From the IMG/VR virus record IMGVR_UViG_3300046517_002304, positions 124,001 through 188,000 of that record: 64,000 bases of DNA, one strand, 5' to 3'. Position numbers and translations under genes: made by a program. The notes beneath the pieces were generated by a model. The model was not told the DNA's origin and did no database searches. It was given only the letters and a program-made list of their open reading frames with translations. Shown piece after piece: positions 54,721 through 64,000 of the stretch. The stretch's first letter is position 1, and each line of letters begins with the position of its first letter.

Positions 54721-57517
54721 TCCTGTATCTTTTCGGGATGGCATCAAAGATTTCTTTGGTTTTGACAAAGGCCCATTTTGATTTTTCGCCGTTGCCATTT
54801 CTCCAGAAAGCAGCACTCCAAGAGTCAGAATTTGTCGCAAATATGTCAACCATAGTTCCTTTTTTAATAGGATGTTTTAAGTGCATTATAAGGTCATCTT
54901 CTCTGCTGTATGAAGGCGTGTCTTCCAGCAAGACAACATCTTCTAATATCGGACGCCCCAATGGGCAATGAATAAATTCATCTTCTGCTACATTTCCATC
55001 TTCTAGTTTGATTTTTACTGTTTTACACCCTTCAGATATTTTACCATCTATTTTGTCAATTACAACGTCAAATTTTTGGTCTGTTGCGTGATATTCTGTG
55101 CACCAATTAAAATCATCAGCATAACAATATACCGGAGTAGGGAATGAAGGTACCGTGATACCTAGAATGTCTTTTGACTGATGCCTAAAGCTTACAAATA
55201 TTATGTCGCCGATTTCGGCAAAAGTCAGCGGAGATGTATAATTTGTAGGGGTCCGACGAATCCCGTCTAAATACTTCCAATATTGGAATTTGTGAGTGAC
55301 AAGATAACTGCGCCCAACGACTATATCTTCATAATCAAACGGCGGCTCTTCCGTGGTGGAGCCGTATATTGCTTTTAAAAATTCGTTTTTACTCACCCAC
55401 TGATAAAAAAGTCTATTTTCAAAATCATGTGTAGAAATTTTTACTGCACAAGTATCATAAACTTCATGAACTAGTATCAATGATCCAGCAGGATGCAGAA
55501 TCGCTCCGTTCAATGTCGGTAATTGGGTTTTTAACTTATACTCTCGGCCAATTTCGATAACTGTTTCGGTATTCGTTTTTATTTCTTTCTTCTCAATTAT
55601 TCTAGAAAAAAGAGACTTGGTAACAAAAAACGGCGATTTCAGTGTTGGATAATCGCATGAAACATCATACCCAGATGAATGATATTTAATTACTGTAAGC
55701 GTTCTATTTTCTTTGTGCGGGAATCCAAAATATCTAGCGCCAAATTCATTTATATTATAAACGCTTCCTTCTGAAAATTTACTTTGTTTTTTTGTTTTTA
55801 CTTGCCATGCTTTCGTTGTATGCGCTAATAAAACGTCCTTTTCTATATCGCTTCGTAGAACTTTTTTATTTATAACATTCAGCCATGTTACATATTGAAC
55901 TGCCACCAAATTATTTTTTATTTCTACAACATCTAGTACTGTCCCAAGTTCAATGCACTCATACGGCTTATTTTTTAAAACTATTACCTTAGCGACCCGG
56001 TATAGTTCTCCTATTTTTATTTCATGATTTGGTTTTACTTTTGATTTATCTATTTTTACTGAGTGTGCATGTAAAACTGCCGTAGCTACGCTAATAGGCG
56101 TAATTTTAGATGATACAGATTGCACCAGAACAAAACTATTTTGTATTTTTATAACTTCTAGTATAACTCCAGCGATGACATAGTTATTATCACACAGCGC
56201 CATCTCTTTTATAACCTGGTATTTGTCTCCGACCATTACGCTACTATCATACTGGATTGTTTGTAGAGCAGATGACGCTAAAAATATTTTCTTTTCAAAA
56301 ACTAAAACACGGCCCTTTTTATTGCTACCGTCATCAGAAAGCATATATGTCACAACATTGTAATCGTCAACGCTTTCTATGCGCAGCAAGTTTCCTACTT
56401 GTGTGGTTAAGCCACTTTGGATATCGCTTATGCTCTTAGTTAAAGCATAAGTTTGGCCTACTATTAAGCGTTTGGCCAATGGAGGAAGCATAACAGTATG
56501 CATTTCTTGCAGATGACCGTCTTTTATAGCCGACAGTAAACTACCTAACGAAGCATCAAGAAAGAATCTAGAGTTTTCGTCTCTTTTATTACTTGACACG
56601 GACGCAATTAAGTTGTTTTTTATTTTTAAAACTGTGATTGTATCAAGACAGCTAGCTAACAGATTGCGGCCTGAATCAGCGCCGAGTCCATTTAGTCCTA
56701 TGCCACTTTTTGGAATTACTAAAAATTCACTGCCAACCAAATGTTCATGGTCTGGCTTTACATCGTTGCCTTTGGGAGCGGCTTTGTTTTTGGATTTCGG
56801 CGATGACTTGTGATGGTGTTCCCAAAATTCATCTTCATCACGCCATGCGAAAGAAATATACCGATCCCTTTCGCTGGTTAAATAACATCTTGTTGATATT
56901 CTGGCATCTTTATTGGACCCAATAGCATGTATTTCCACCATGCTATTTGCTTGAACAATTCCGTCTATTGCGTTGATGGTCTTGTTTGTTATATAAACTT
57001 GCCCGACTTTCAGAGCAGATTTCTTTTTGCCTGATATTAAAGCGAAGTTTTTAGTAAATTCACTTTTATCTACAAAGATATTGTGGATAGTATCTTTGCC
57101 GCGTTTTGTAAGCTTTAGATATTTTGACCACTTTCCTTGACATTGCTCTATTACGCTAAATGTGGAATCTTTATGATCGTCTACAGATAATATTTTTGAA
57201 CTATTTTTAGGAGGTAACCGTCTAGAGCATATAGTATCATGAATTATTTTATAAGACTTGCCTACGTATTCACACTCTATTTCGGGAATCCCCTCTGTAT
57301 TTTCGTCAAATACCCTATATGGGATTGTTGTGGGACAGTATGTCTCATGGTTGCGATATACAAGCGCTTTAATAGCATCACTTTTGATTCTTACTTCATC
57401 TACGTATAGAACATCGCCAGGTAAAAATTTGTGCTTTTTCCCTGTACTAAACTCTTTGGTGACCTTGAAGTAGTCGCCAATTAAGTAAAGAGCGTCTTGT
57501 TGGATAGCAATGTTCAT
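54701..57517 (-). CDS. 938-aa protein with ~10 SH3/KOW-like repeats
   Basis: Recurrent [IV]GxxYxV motifs. Confidence 0.65.
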   Translation of the reverse strand: MNIAIQQDALYLIGDYFKVTKEFSTGKKHKFLPGDVLYVDEVRIKSDAIKALVYRNHETYCPTTIPYRVFDENTEGIPEIECEYVGKSYKIIHDTICSRRLPPKNSSKILSVDDHKDSTFSVIEQCQGKWSKYLKLTKRGKDTIHNIFVDKSEFTKNFALISGKKKSALKVGQVYITNKTINAIDGIVQANSMVEIHAIGSNKDARISTRCYLTSERDRYISFAWRDEDEFWEHHHKSSPKSKNKAAPKGNDVKPDHEHLVGSEFLVIPKSGIGLNGLGADSGRNLLASCLDTITVLKIKNNLIASVSSNKRDENSRFFLDASLGSLLSAIKDGHLQEMHTVMLPPLAKRLIVGQTYALTKSISDIQSGLTTQVGNLLRIESVDDYNVVTYMLSDDGSNKKGRVLVFEKKIFLASSALQTIQYDSSVMVGDKYQVIKEMALCDNNYVIAGVILEVIKIQNSFVLVQSVSSKITPISVATAVLHAHSVKIDKSKVKPNHEIKIGELYRVAKVIVLKNKPYECIELGTVLDVVEIKNNLVAVQYVTWLNVINKKVLRSDIEKDVLLAHTTKAWQVKTKKQSKFSEGSVYNINEFGARYFGFPHKENRTLTVIKYHSSGYDVSCDYPTLKSPFFVTKSLFSRIIEKKEIKTNTETVIEIGREYKLKTQLPTLNGAILHPAGSLILVHEVYDTCAVKISTHDFENRLFYQWVSKNEFLKAIYGSTTEEPPFDYEDIVVGRSYLVTHKFQYWKYLDGIRRTPTNYTSPLTFAEIGDIIFVSFRHQSKDILGITVPSFPTPVYCYADDFNWCTEYHATDQKFDVVIDKIDGKISEGCKTVKIKLEDGNVAEDEFIHCPLGRPILEDVVLLEDTPSYSREDDLIMHLKHPIKKGTMVDIFATNSDSWSAAFWRNGNGEKSKWAFVKTKEIFDAIPKRYRNVKTRD

Positions 57518-57524
57518 GAGCGCT

Positions 57525-57998
57525 CTATTTGCGGGGGCGAATTTTGATCTGTAGCTCTATGCCGCTCAACTTATGTTCATTATAAAAAACATCCATGGCG
57601 TCAATTTTTGCTTGCACATCATCTACAGAGTCTACTTCGCAGGTTTGGTATTCTTCGCCAAGGCCGCGATTGTACATAGCTGTCGCGACGAATTTCTTTT
57701 TCGGCACGAAGCTCATAAATGTGTCTATGCGATCTTCTACATCTATCATAGACGAATACTCTTCTACGTCAAATGTTTTTGAATTCATGGGTGTGGCATA
57801 CTTTTGTAAAAAGAAGTTGCCTTCGTGTTCGTAAACCAAAAACCCTTTATTGTTAATATCTTGCCAGAATGCAACGTCGTATTTCGGTTTAACCGCAGCA
57901 ATTTCGGGTACCTTATGAGCTATCGCACTATCATCACCCCTGTCCTCGGTACTTTGGTATCTTTCCATTTTACTGAAAAAGTCGTCAAGTTCATTCAT
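57525..57998 (-). CDS. hypothetical protein
   Basis: 157 aa. Confidence 0.55.
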   Translation of the reverse strand: MNELDDFFSKMERYQSTEDRGDDSAIAHKVPEIAAVKPKYDVAFWQDINNKGFLVYEHEGNFFLQKYATPMNSKTFDVEEYSSMIDVEDRIDTFMSFVPKKKFVATAMYNRGLGEEYQTCEVDSVDDVQAKIDAMDVFYNEHKLSGIELQIKIRPRK

Positions 57999-58037
57999 GG
58001 CACACCTTGTTAAGAAACAAAAATCTGTTTACGATTA

Positions 58038-58526
58038 TCAGAGGCCCCAGTTTTTCTGCAAAAACTCCACTGTTCTCTTTACCCATCCTTGCACTTCTTT
58101 TCCTTCTTCTTGCTTCTGTGTTTCTAAATACCTGATTTCCGCCTTAGCCGCAATAGCATACATCTTTTCCATGAAAGCCTCCCATTCGTCGCCTGGGACG
58201 AAAGTTGTGGCGATACCGTCGCTTTCTACGTACACTTTATCAGAAAACCAAGTTACTGTCAATGTCTCTGCGTCGGACAAATACATTATTTCAAACTCTT
58301 TTCCGTATGGATACGCCTGAAACAACCATCCCATTTGCCGGGATGATTCGTCAGACTCAAAAATTTCTTGCGTCATCAATTCCCATTCTGCATGAGTGTA
58401 TTCGCCTTGGTCAATAATTGGCTTCCCGATGTGCTTAACAATACTTCTTGCCTTTATAGAAATTTTTTTCTGCGTTGCTTCTTCCCGCCGCTTTTGAATA
58501 ATCTGATTAATCTTTGTACTATCCAT
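58038..58526 (-). CDS. hypothetical protein
   Basis: 162 aa. Confidence 0.55.
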   Translation of the reverse strand: MDSTKINQIIQKRREEATQKKISIKARSIVKHIGKPIIDQGEYTHAEWELMTQEIFESDESSRQMGWLFQAYPYGKEFEIMYLSDAETLTVTWFSDKVYVESDGIATTFVPGDEWEAFMEKMYAIAAKAEIRYLETQKQEEGKEVQGWVKRTVEFLQKNWGL

Positions 58527-58980
58527 CTGTTAAATCCTTTATGCAATATGGACAACGTGTGGCGCGAACATTAATGATCATCTGACAATACTGGCACGTT
58601 TTCTCTATATCTGACTTAGGGCATATTTTGTTTAATAGAGGGGTGAAAAGCTTCATGTAAAAAACATATAAGCACACAGAAATAATCAAAAAATCTAAAG
58701 TAGACCCAACAAATTTGCCGGCTTCTATGGTTAGACCATCGTAAATTTTGAACTCTAGATTTCTCCAATTTCGTTCTATCGAGCTATTGGTTAAAAAGCC
58801 TATTACCGGCATTAGAATGTTTTCTGATAACGCCGTTACCATTTTATTAAAGGATGTTGCCAACATTAAGGCAACAGAAATTTCTAACATGTTTTTCTTA
58901 AGAGCAAATTCACGATACTGCTTGATTTCATCCTTTATTTTTTCAGGGTCAAATGCGTGTTGGACGTGGTGGTGGCTCAT
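58519..58980 (-). CDS. mscL: large-conductance mechanosensitive channel with C-terminal zinc ribbon
   Basis: EFALKKNMLEISVA...SFNKMV.AL...ILMP, GKF....DFLI, CQYC...RATRCPYC. Confidence 0.8.
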   Translation of the reverse strand: MSHHHVQHAFDPEKIKDEIKQYREFALKKNMLEISVALMLATSFNKMVTALSENILMPVIGFLTNSSIERNWRNLEFKIYDGLTIEAGKFVGSTLDFLIISVCLYVFYMKLFTPLLNKICPKSDIEKTCQYCQMIINVRATRCPYCIKDLTDG

Positions 58981-59020
58981 GATTTATCTATGAATTAACG
59001 TATATTAACTATATTAGTGC

Positions 59021-59881
59021 ATGTTTCGCATATTTCAAAGATACACTGATCCGATAACCCGAGCAATTAAAAGAAAAGACATTACATTATGCCTAGAAGA
59101 GCGCAGGATGGAAGATGCGATATCTATTACTAGCGCTCCAGCATTAATAGCATACACTAATGATAAAGAAGGAGAAGATACTGTTTATCTTAATCCTGAT
59201 GAATATTTAATGTATCTTGTAGATGCTAAAAGAACATCACCGCCTATTGGGTGCAGTCAAACATATTTAACTGATATTTATGATGGTGGGGCTACCATAA
59301 GCATATTTGACGCCAAGCATCTAAAAGCGTTTGTGGGATGCCCAGTGGCGATTCTAAGCGATCTAGATGGCAAGGTGGTTGATTATGCTATTATTAAAGA
59401 AATAAACCAAAACCAATTGATTTTGTCAAATGAATTAAAAAATAAATACTACGCCGGAGCATTTGTCCATAACCTATCTAATCGATGGTGGAAATACCCT
59501 TTAAAAAAGGAATTTATAGGAATTAAGGCTGGCGCTTGCCGTCCAAGTAGCTTGCAGTTTTACGCAAGGTTTGACGGAAATGAAATTGAGATTATGATTA
59601 GCGATATTTTAAATAGAGGAACAATGGTGTCTTGTGATGTTTATGTAAGATTGGAGTCATTCTCTTTTATAGAGCCGCATTGGATGCCTGATGCAGCAGA
59701 CCTATCTTTAGACACGACTAATATTAAATTAGCAACATATGGCGGTGGAATAAAATGTGGTGGAGGGAAATTAAGTGATAAAGAATATTGTGTTGGTATT
59801 GTATCAAAGGATAAAATAGGCAGAGTAGATGTAAATGAATCTATTCCCTTCATTCAAGTGGTTAAAGTAGGATGCGCTTAA
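59021..59881 (+). CDS. hypothetical protein
   Basis: 286 aa. Confidence 0.55.
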   Translation: MFRIFQRYTDPITRAIKRKDITLCLEERRMEDAISITSAPALIAYTNDKEGEDTVYLNPDEYLMYLVDAKRTSPPIGCSQTYLTDIYDGGATISIFDAKHLKAFVGCPVAILSDLDGKVVDYAIIKEINQNQLILSNELKNKYYAGAFVHNLSNRWWKYPLKKEFIGIKAGACRPSSLQFYARFDGNEIEIMISDILNRGTMVSCDVYVRLESFSFIEPHWMPDAADLSLDTTNIKLATYGGGIKCGGGKLSDKEYCVGIVSKDKIGRVDVNESIPFIQVVKVGCA

Positions 59882-60545
59882 TGTCATCGTCGTCCTCTTT
59901 ATCGTTCTTATCCGAATACGCTTTTTGAAATACAAGTTCTGTAGCTACAACGTCCTGAAAGTCTAACATATATTTTTTCCATATGCCCCAGTTGGCCCAT
60001 AAGTGTTTGGACTTTTCTTTTACTTTTGCGCGTTGGGTTTCTAACAAATCGGAAATGTTATTATATCCAAAGTATGGATAAGAATATGGATTATCATATT
60101 GCTTCATTTCACTTTTATGAACAGCAGCAAATGCCTCCCATAACCAGTTTGTTTTCTTGACCACATGCGCCACTGGATTAAAGAATGTAGTCATATAATC
60201 CTGATATTCTTCTGCTTGCACTAGTCCATATCCGGCGTCAGAGTATTGCTTCCTACCATACAGGTATGGATTTGGTGTAAATTTTAAAATATAATAATCA
60301 CTTAATATTACACGATCATCATTGAATATATCGCTTACGTTAAATTCTAAAAAGTTTGGTAGGTATTGGCCTTTGCACCTGGATACAAACCAATGCTTAA
60401 TGCAGAAAGTGCCGTCTGGTCTTTTAGCTATAGTAATTACTATTTTATCATTCCACCTTCTATGCTCTATAAAGATAGAAGTGGGAAAATTAACACAGGT
60501 TTTTAGGACGCCTGTTCTGAGCACATATTCAAGAGCCAGTATCAT
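59862..60545 (-). CDS. hypothetical protein
   Basis: 227 aa; TATATA 5 nt upstream. Confidence 0.55.
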   Translation of the reverse strand: MILALEYVLRTGVLKTCVNFPTSIFIEHRRWNDKIVITIAKRPDGTFCIKHWFVSRCKGQYLPNFLEFNVSDIFNDDRVILSDYYILKFTPNPYLYGRKQYSDAGYGLVQAEEYQDYMTTFFNPVAHVVKKTNWLWEAFAAVHKSEMKQYDNPYSYPYFGYNNISDLLETQRAKVKEKSKHLWANWGIWKKYMLDFQDVVATELVFQKAYSDKNDKEDDDDIKRILL

Positions 60546-60570
60546 GATAATATATACTAGTTAGAACCAT

Positions 60571-60960
60571 ATGAAGAAACTCATCTTATTATTCTTAATG
60601 TGCCTTTCGGGCTGCGCCATCAGTCCTTTTTTAGGCCCAGCAGGGGATGCTATTGTTGCTTGGAAAGATGGGGAAGCGGACAGATACTATAATGCTAGTT
60701 CCGAAGCAATCTACAAAGCTACTAAGAGTAGTCTCATAAAATTAGGTATACCCATACTGAAAGATGAAGCCGTACGACCTGGAACTTATAATTTAGTTGC
60801 GGGCCATGGCGATAAGTTTAAGATTAATATAACAAATAAAAATATTCACATAACTTGCGTTAAGATAAGAGTTAATTTTATGGGCGATCATGATTACGCT
60901 GAGTTAATTTTTGGCACTATATCTAAAGAAATATATGTGATTAATTTTCCGAAAACCTAG
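60571..60960 (+). CDS. lipoprotein (DUF3568-like)
   Basis: Lipobox LSGC; T.VKIRV.F.GD. Confidence 0.65.
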   Translation: MKKLILLFLMCLSGCAISPFLGPAGDAIVAWKDGEADRYYNASSEAIYKATKSSLIKLGIPILKDEAVRPGTYNLVAGHGDKFKINITNKNIHITCVKIRVNFMGDHDYAELIFGTISKEIYVINFPKT

Positions 60961-61315
60961 GTCGCCATATCATAGTTGGCCCAAACATACTTGATAATCT
61001 ATAGTCCTTATTTCTGCCCTTATTGTGCACAAACCCTAATTTAGTATAAAATCTAAGTAGTGCCGCTTTTTTACCTGGTCCTGGTTCAGGACTCAAAACT
61101 ATCGGCTGGTTGATTCTCTTGGCGAAGTTTTGGATTTGCTGCATTACAGCAGTGCCTATACCTTCGCCGTGACGAGGGGTCTCAATATTGGAAATATGTA
61201 TCACCCCATCTTGTGACTGGAATACCCATAGATCTAATCCAGTGTATTTAGCTATTAGCTGTTGACGCAGAGCCTCCAGCTCTGCGTTTTCTTCTAAGAA
61301 TAACTTAAAATTCAT
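60941..61315 (-). CDS. GNAT acetyltransferase with capsid-targeting-like N-terminus
   Basis: Start revised to ATG 61315, MNFKLFLEE; RHGEGIGT motif A; LRFYTKLGF motif B. Confidence 0.75.
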   Translation of the reverse strand: MNFKLFLEENAELEALRQQLIAKYTGLDLWVFQSQDGVIHISNIETPRHGEGIGTAVMQQIQNFAKRINQPIVLSPEPGPGKKAALLRFYTKLGFVHNKGRNKDYRLSSMFGPTMIWRPRFSEN

Positions 61316-62750
61316 TAAAGTATAGCCTATGAAGCTTTCCGCCAGACACGGCATGGGTTTTGGTGTGGAATTTTGAATAATCGATTGAATCAACAAATTC
61401 AACATCATTTTCAGCAACCAATTTATTGACCATAAACATAGCTGAATCCATAGCGCTGTCTTGATCTACGCTTAGCTCCTGTATCATACATCCAACTTTA
61501 TTAAATTCCATATAATGCTCGCTGGCAATTTCAATCTCAACGCCAGCCATACTAGCATTAAGAGCCACAAGACCATGCGCCTCTGGAATTTTAAAGCTAC
61601 AAACGCCCTTTTTTCTGACAATAGTTGTATCATTTAGCTGCCAAACTGTGTCCATGTCGTTAATTTCAATATCATCAATGTTTTTTTCACTTAACATTTT
61701 AATAGCAGGCTTTAGTATTTTACGACGAACGAAGGCGCTTTTAATTACAGCCTCGTATTTTGGAAAGTAGCTTCTAGCAGAAACCACCATTGCATTAGCA
61801 ATAGCTGCATAAAATCTATTGGTCAATGGAGCTAGTGTTAGGCACTTAAAATATATAGACGCCATTGCATCCCTGGCAGAAACAAGAGCATCATGAGCGG
61901 TCACGCCGTTTTTACGGTCTAGATTATACATTCCAACAAATGCTTCGTACCAGGCTCCGGTAAACACTCTGCTGAAACTATGGCATTCTCCACCGAGTTT
62001 CCCGTCGCCAGATGTATTATATGGTAGAGATTCTGGTATTGTATACATAAAATCATTGACTGCATTTCTAAGCGCGTCAGATAACCCTGCTCTCCCATCG
62101 GTCATACGATTAATCGCTACGCCCATTTGTTCCGCAAGACGAGAAATAAGATTACTTTTACTTAAGTCATCTCCAGTTTCAACCAAAGCATCTTTTATTA
62201 GTTCTTCGTGTTGTAGCGCGCTAAGGATTGCCATGGTATCGCCAAATGCTTCGTGAAACGCCGCAGTTTCTAAACATTGAACATTCCATAGGTCTGGACG
62301 AACTCCGTCTAATATAGCATGGCCAAGCTCGTGCGCGACAATGTCAGGTGACTCACAAGTATAGACTGTTTTGCCGTCTTTGTCTTTATCATAGAAAAAC
62401 TTTAAAGCTTGACGATCATAATAAGCATTAAATTGAACGCCTGCGCGAGGGAATACACTCAAGTTATTTATAGACGACCAACGATGCAGAGCGTGCATTA
62501 AATTAGGTTGAACAAATCCAAGAGTAAAGGCTAGAGTAGAATATACCTGCATAACTTGTGGGTCATTTTTATCACCGACGAGCGTAAAGACTGGGCACGG
62601 ATTAGGAAGGTTAGGAATATTAATCTTAACTTTTTCTGGAACCGATGGATCATCTAGAATATAATCAAAGTCCGAACCAATTGTTGGATTCATTGATTTT
62701 ACATTTGATTGTCGGTTAAAAAAATTGCCTAAGAATTTAAAGAATTGCAT
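61305..62750 (-). CDS. zinc metalloprotease (M4/M36-like)
   Basis: NAYY, DIVAHELGHAILD, AFHEAFGD, ECHSFSRV. Confidence 0.85.
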   Translation of the reverse strand: MQFFKFLGNFFNRQSNVKSMNPTIGSDFDYILDDPSVPEKVKINIPNLPNPCPVFTLVGDKNDPQVMQVYSTLAFTLGFVQPNLMHALHRWSSINNLSVFPRAGVQFNAYYDRQALKFFYDKDKDGKTVYTCESPDIVAHELGHAILDGVRPDLWNVQCLETAAFHEAFGDTMAILSALQHEELIKDALVETGDDLSKSNLISRLAEQMGVAINRMTDGRAGLSDALRNAVNDFMYTIPESLPYNTSGDGKLGGECHSFSRVFTGAWYEAFVGMYNLDRKNGVTAHDALVSARDAMASIYFKCLTLAPLTNRFYAAIANAMVVSARSYFPKYEAVIKSAFVRRKILKPAIKMLSEKNIDDIEINDMDTVWQLNDTTIVRKKGVCSFKIPEAHGLVALNASMAGVEIEIASEHYMEFNKVGCMIQELSVDQDSAMDSAMFMVNKLVAENDVEFVDSIDYSKFHTKTHAVSGGKLHRLYFNEF

Positions 62751-62801
62751 ATTATTTTTTCCATAAGTGTATTATAGAATATTTATTCAATCAAGTCTTA
62801 A

Positions 62802-63857
62802 TTAACTTGTAGCAGCAGTAAATTCCGCAATTTGGGCGGGCTTTTTAAACTGAGATGCTACTGCTCTAAGAACCGTCATCCATTCAGGGCTTCCTTTAGG
62901 CAGCGCTCTCCAGTCATCAATCGTCATCATAGTCCCACGGGGGGCCTTTGGATCAATGTATCTTTTTGCTATATGAACAATGTACTTATTAATTATTGCT
63001 TCTTTTGGCGTCATTGTGCCTGGCGCTGGGGGCGGAGCCGGGCCTGTTGGAGTTGCCCCTTTTGCTATTTCATCGTCTATTCTTTGAGCTTCTTGTTCTA
63101 CTATTGCATTATTACCTATATCATAATGATGCGTAAGATGCTGAACAAAGTCTAGGGCGCTTTCTGGTCTGCCTCCCATTGCTCCCATTTCCGCTCTATA
63201 GGTTGCATATAATTTTTTAAGCATGCTTTGCCAAGGAGCGGATTTACGCAAATATAGAGAGATGATAAATATTGACAGCAAATCTCTAATTGCCTTGTCT
63301 TTTGGCTTCCATCTAGCCCTTTTTTCAAATCCATCAATTATGAACTGATGCTCCGCTTTATCCTTGCTTGATGCATGCGGAGTATGGGTCTTAGGCGGTG
63401 TTGGAACTTGACGATGCTGTTCCCAGTTATCATCTAAAGTATTGTTAATAACCTGCGGATCATGAACTCCGGGAGGGAATCGGTATATCTTTGGATTTAA
63501 ATCATGTGCTTGTACATACAATCCAATTAATTCTCTTGGATTAAATTGATGCTGATTTACTTTATTGATACTATTTGTTAAGTCAATTAGGGTTTTATCT
63601 GGAATAATTTGATTTAAAGCCAAGGACTTTACGACATTAGTAAGATTTTTCTTAGCAAATAGGTCGGCTTTGTTCCACTTAACATTATGCTCACTTTGCA
63701 AAAACTTTATAAACTCATCCGCCGCTTTATTAAAATCTGCATCTGTAGGCTTGCCTTGTGTAATTCCCTGCATCATTCCTTGTGCGAATTGATTCACACC
63801 AGATAAGAATCCAGCTTCATCGTACTGATTGCTCCACTCTTTAAACCTTAATGCCAT
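62802..63857 (-). CDS. putative internal head protein
   Basis: MALRFKEW...YDEAG; TAAATA 5 nt before ATG 63857. Confidence 0.55.
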   Translation of the reverse strand: MALRFKEWSNQYDEAGFLSGVNQFAQGMMQGITQGKPTDADFNKAADEFIKFLQSEHNVKWNKADLFAKKNLTNVVKSLALNQIIPDKTLIDLTNSINKVNQHQFNPRELIGLYVQAHDLNPKIYRFPPGVHDPQVINNTLDDNWEQHRQVPTPPKTHTPHASSKDKAEHQFIIDGFEKRARWKPKDKAIRDLLSIFIISLYLRKSAPWQSMLKKLYATYRAEMGAMGGRPESALDFVQHLTHHYDIGNNAIVEQEAQRIDDEIAKGATPTGPAPPPAPGTMTPKEAIINKYIVHIAKRYIDPKAPRGTMMTIDDWRALPKGSPEWMTVLRAVASQFKKPAQIAEFTAATS

Positions 63858-64000
63858 AAACATATTTAGAGTTTGGCACGATATTATTAGTATATGGAAA
63901 GAAAAGAATTAGTCATTAGTCATCATATGTTTTTGACGCAAAAACAAAGGTATAGCTTATCCGAAGATGACACCACCCTTGAAGTTAGCGGAAGTAGTCT

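Noticed and set aside
16842-61417. ORF-track starts at 16842, 19012, 25742, 34931, 46261, 54849 and 61417
   Set aside because: Extensions overlap neighbouring genes or lack signals; downstream ATGs fit SD, promoter or coupling better
1-64000. Stop-codon reassignment suggested by a phage TrpRS
   Set aside because: Core genes are full length under code 11, and TGA, TAG and TAA all end genes, including ATGA overlaps
1-64000. tRNA or structured ncRNA genes
   Set aside because: Intergenic gaps are short and no cloverleaf or T-loop motif was recognised by eye; tRNAscan-SE/Infernal not run

Overview
AT-rich 64-kb segment of a large T4-like (myo/jumbo-type) phage genome. It uses the standard genetic code and switches strand often. 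It holds the head module: gp23 major capsid, gp22-like scaffold, gp21 protease, a 639-aa putative core protein, gp17 terminase, an intein-containing gp20 portal and a gp14-like neck protein. It also holds a 2580-aa LamG/His-Cys-repeat fibre surrounded by glycan-modifying enzymes, four free-standing nucleases, DNA methyltransferases and auxiliary genes (guaC, prs, trpS, mscL, ferritin-like, metalloprotease). A RimI-like gene suggests a Planctomycetota host (inference). Four observations stand out. (1) An island of miniature genes (33.8-35.7 kb, plus 29.5 kb) copies pieces of virion proteins: the Gol-equivalent capsid segment, capsid N-terminus, neck, tail tube and a tail protein. The capsid copies are conserved at protein level but differ at synonymous sites, so they are candidate decoys or assembly inhibitors. 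(2) The compact TrpRS gene has its only SD-led AUG opening a 5-codon frame ending CUU-UGG-UGA, a prfB-like +1 frameshift site that would respond to charged tRNA-Trp. (3) About nine proteins carry T4 capsid-targeting-like N-termini, and TAAATA/TATATA elements positioned to give leaderless mRNAs lie in front of some of them and of other genes. (4) A ~24-aa 'LIxSL' module is shared by four unrelated ORFs. All family assignments come from motif recognition by eye; no searches were run. No tRNA, rRNA or CRISPR array was seen.
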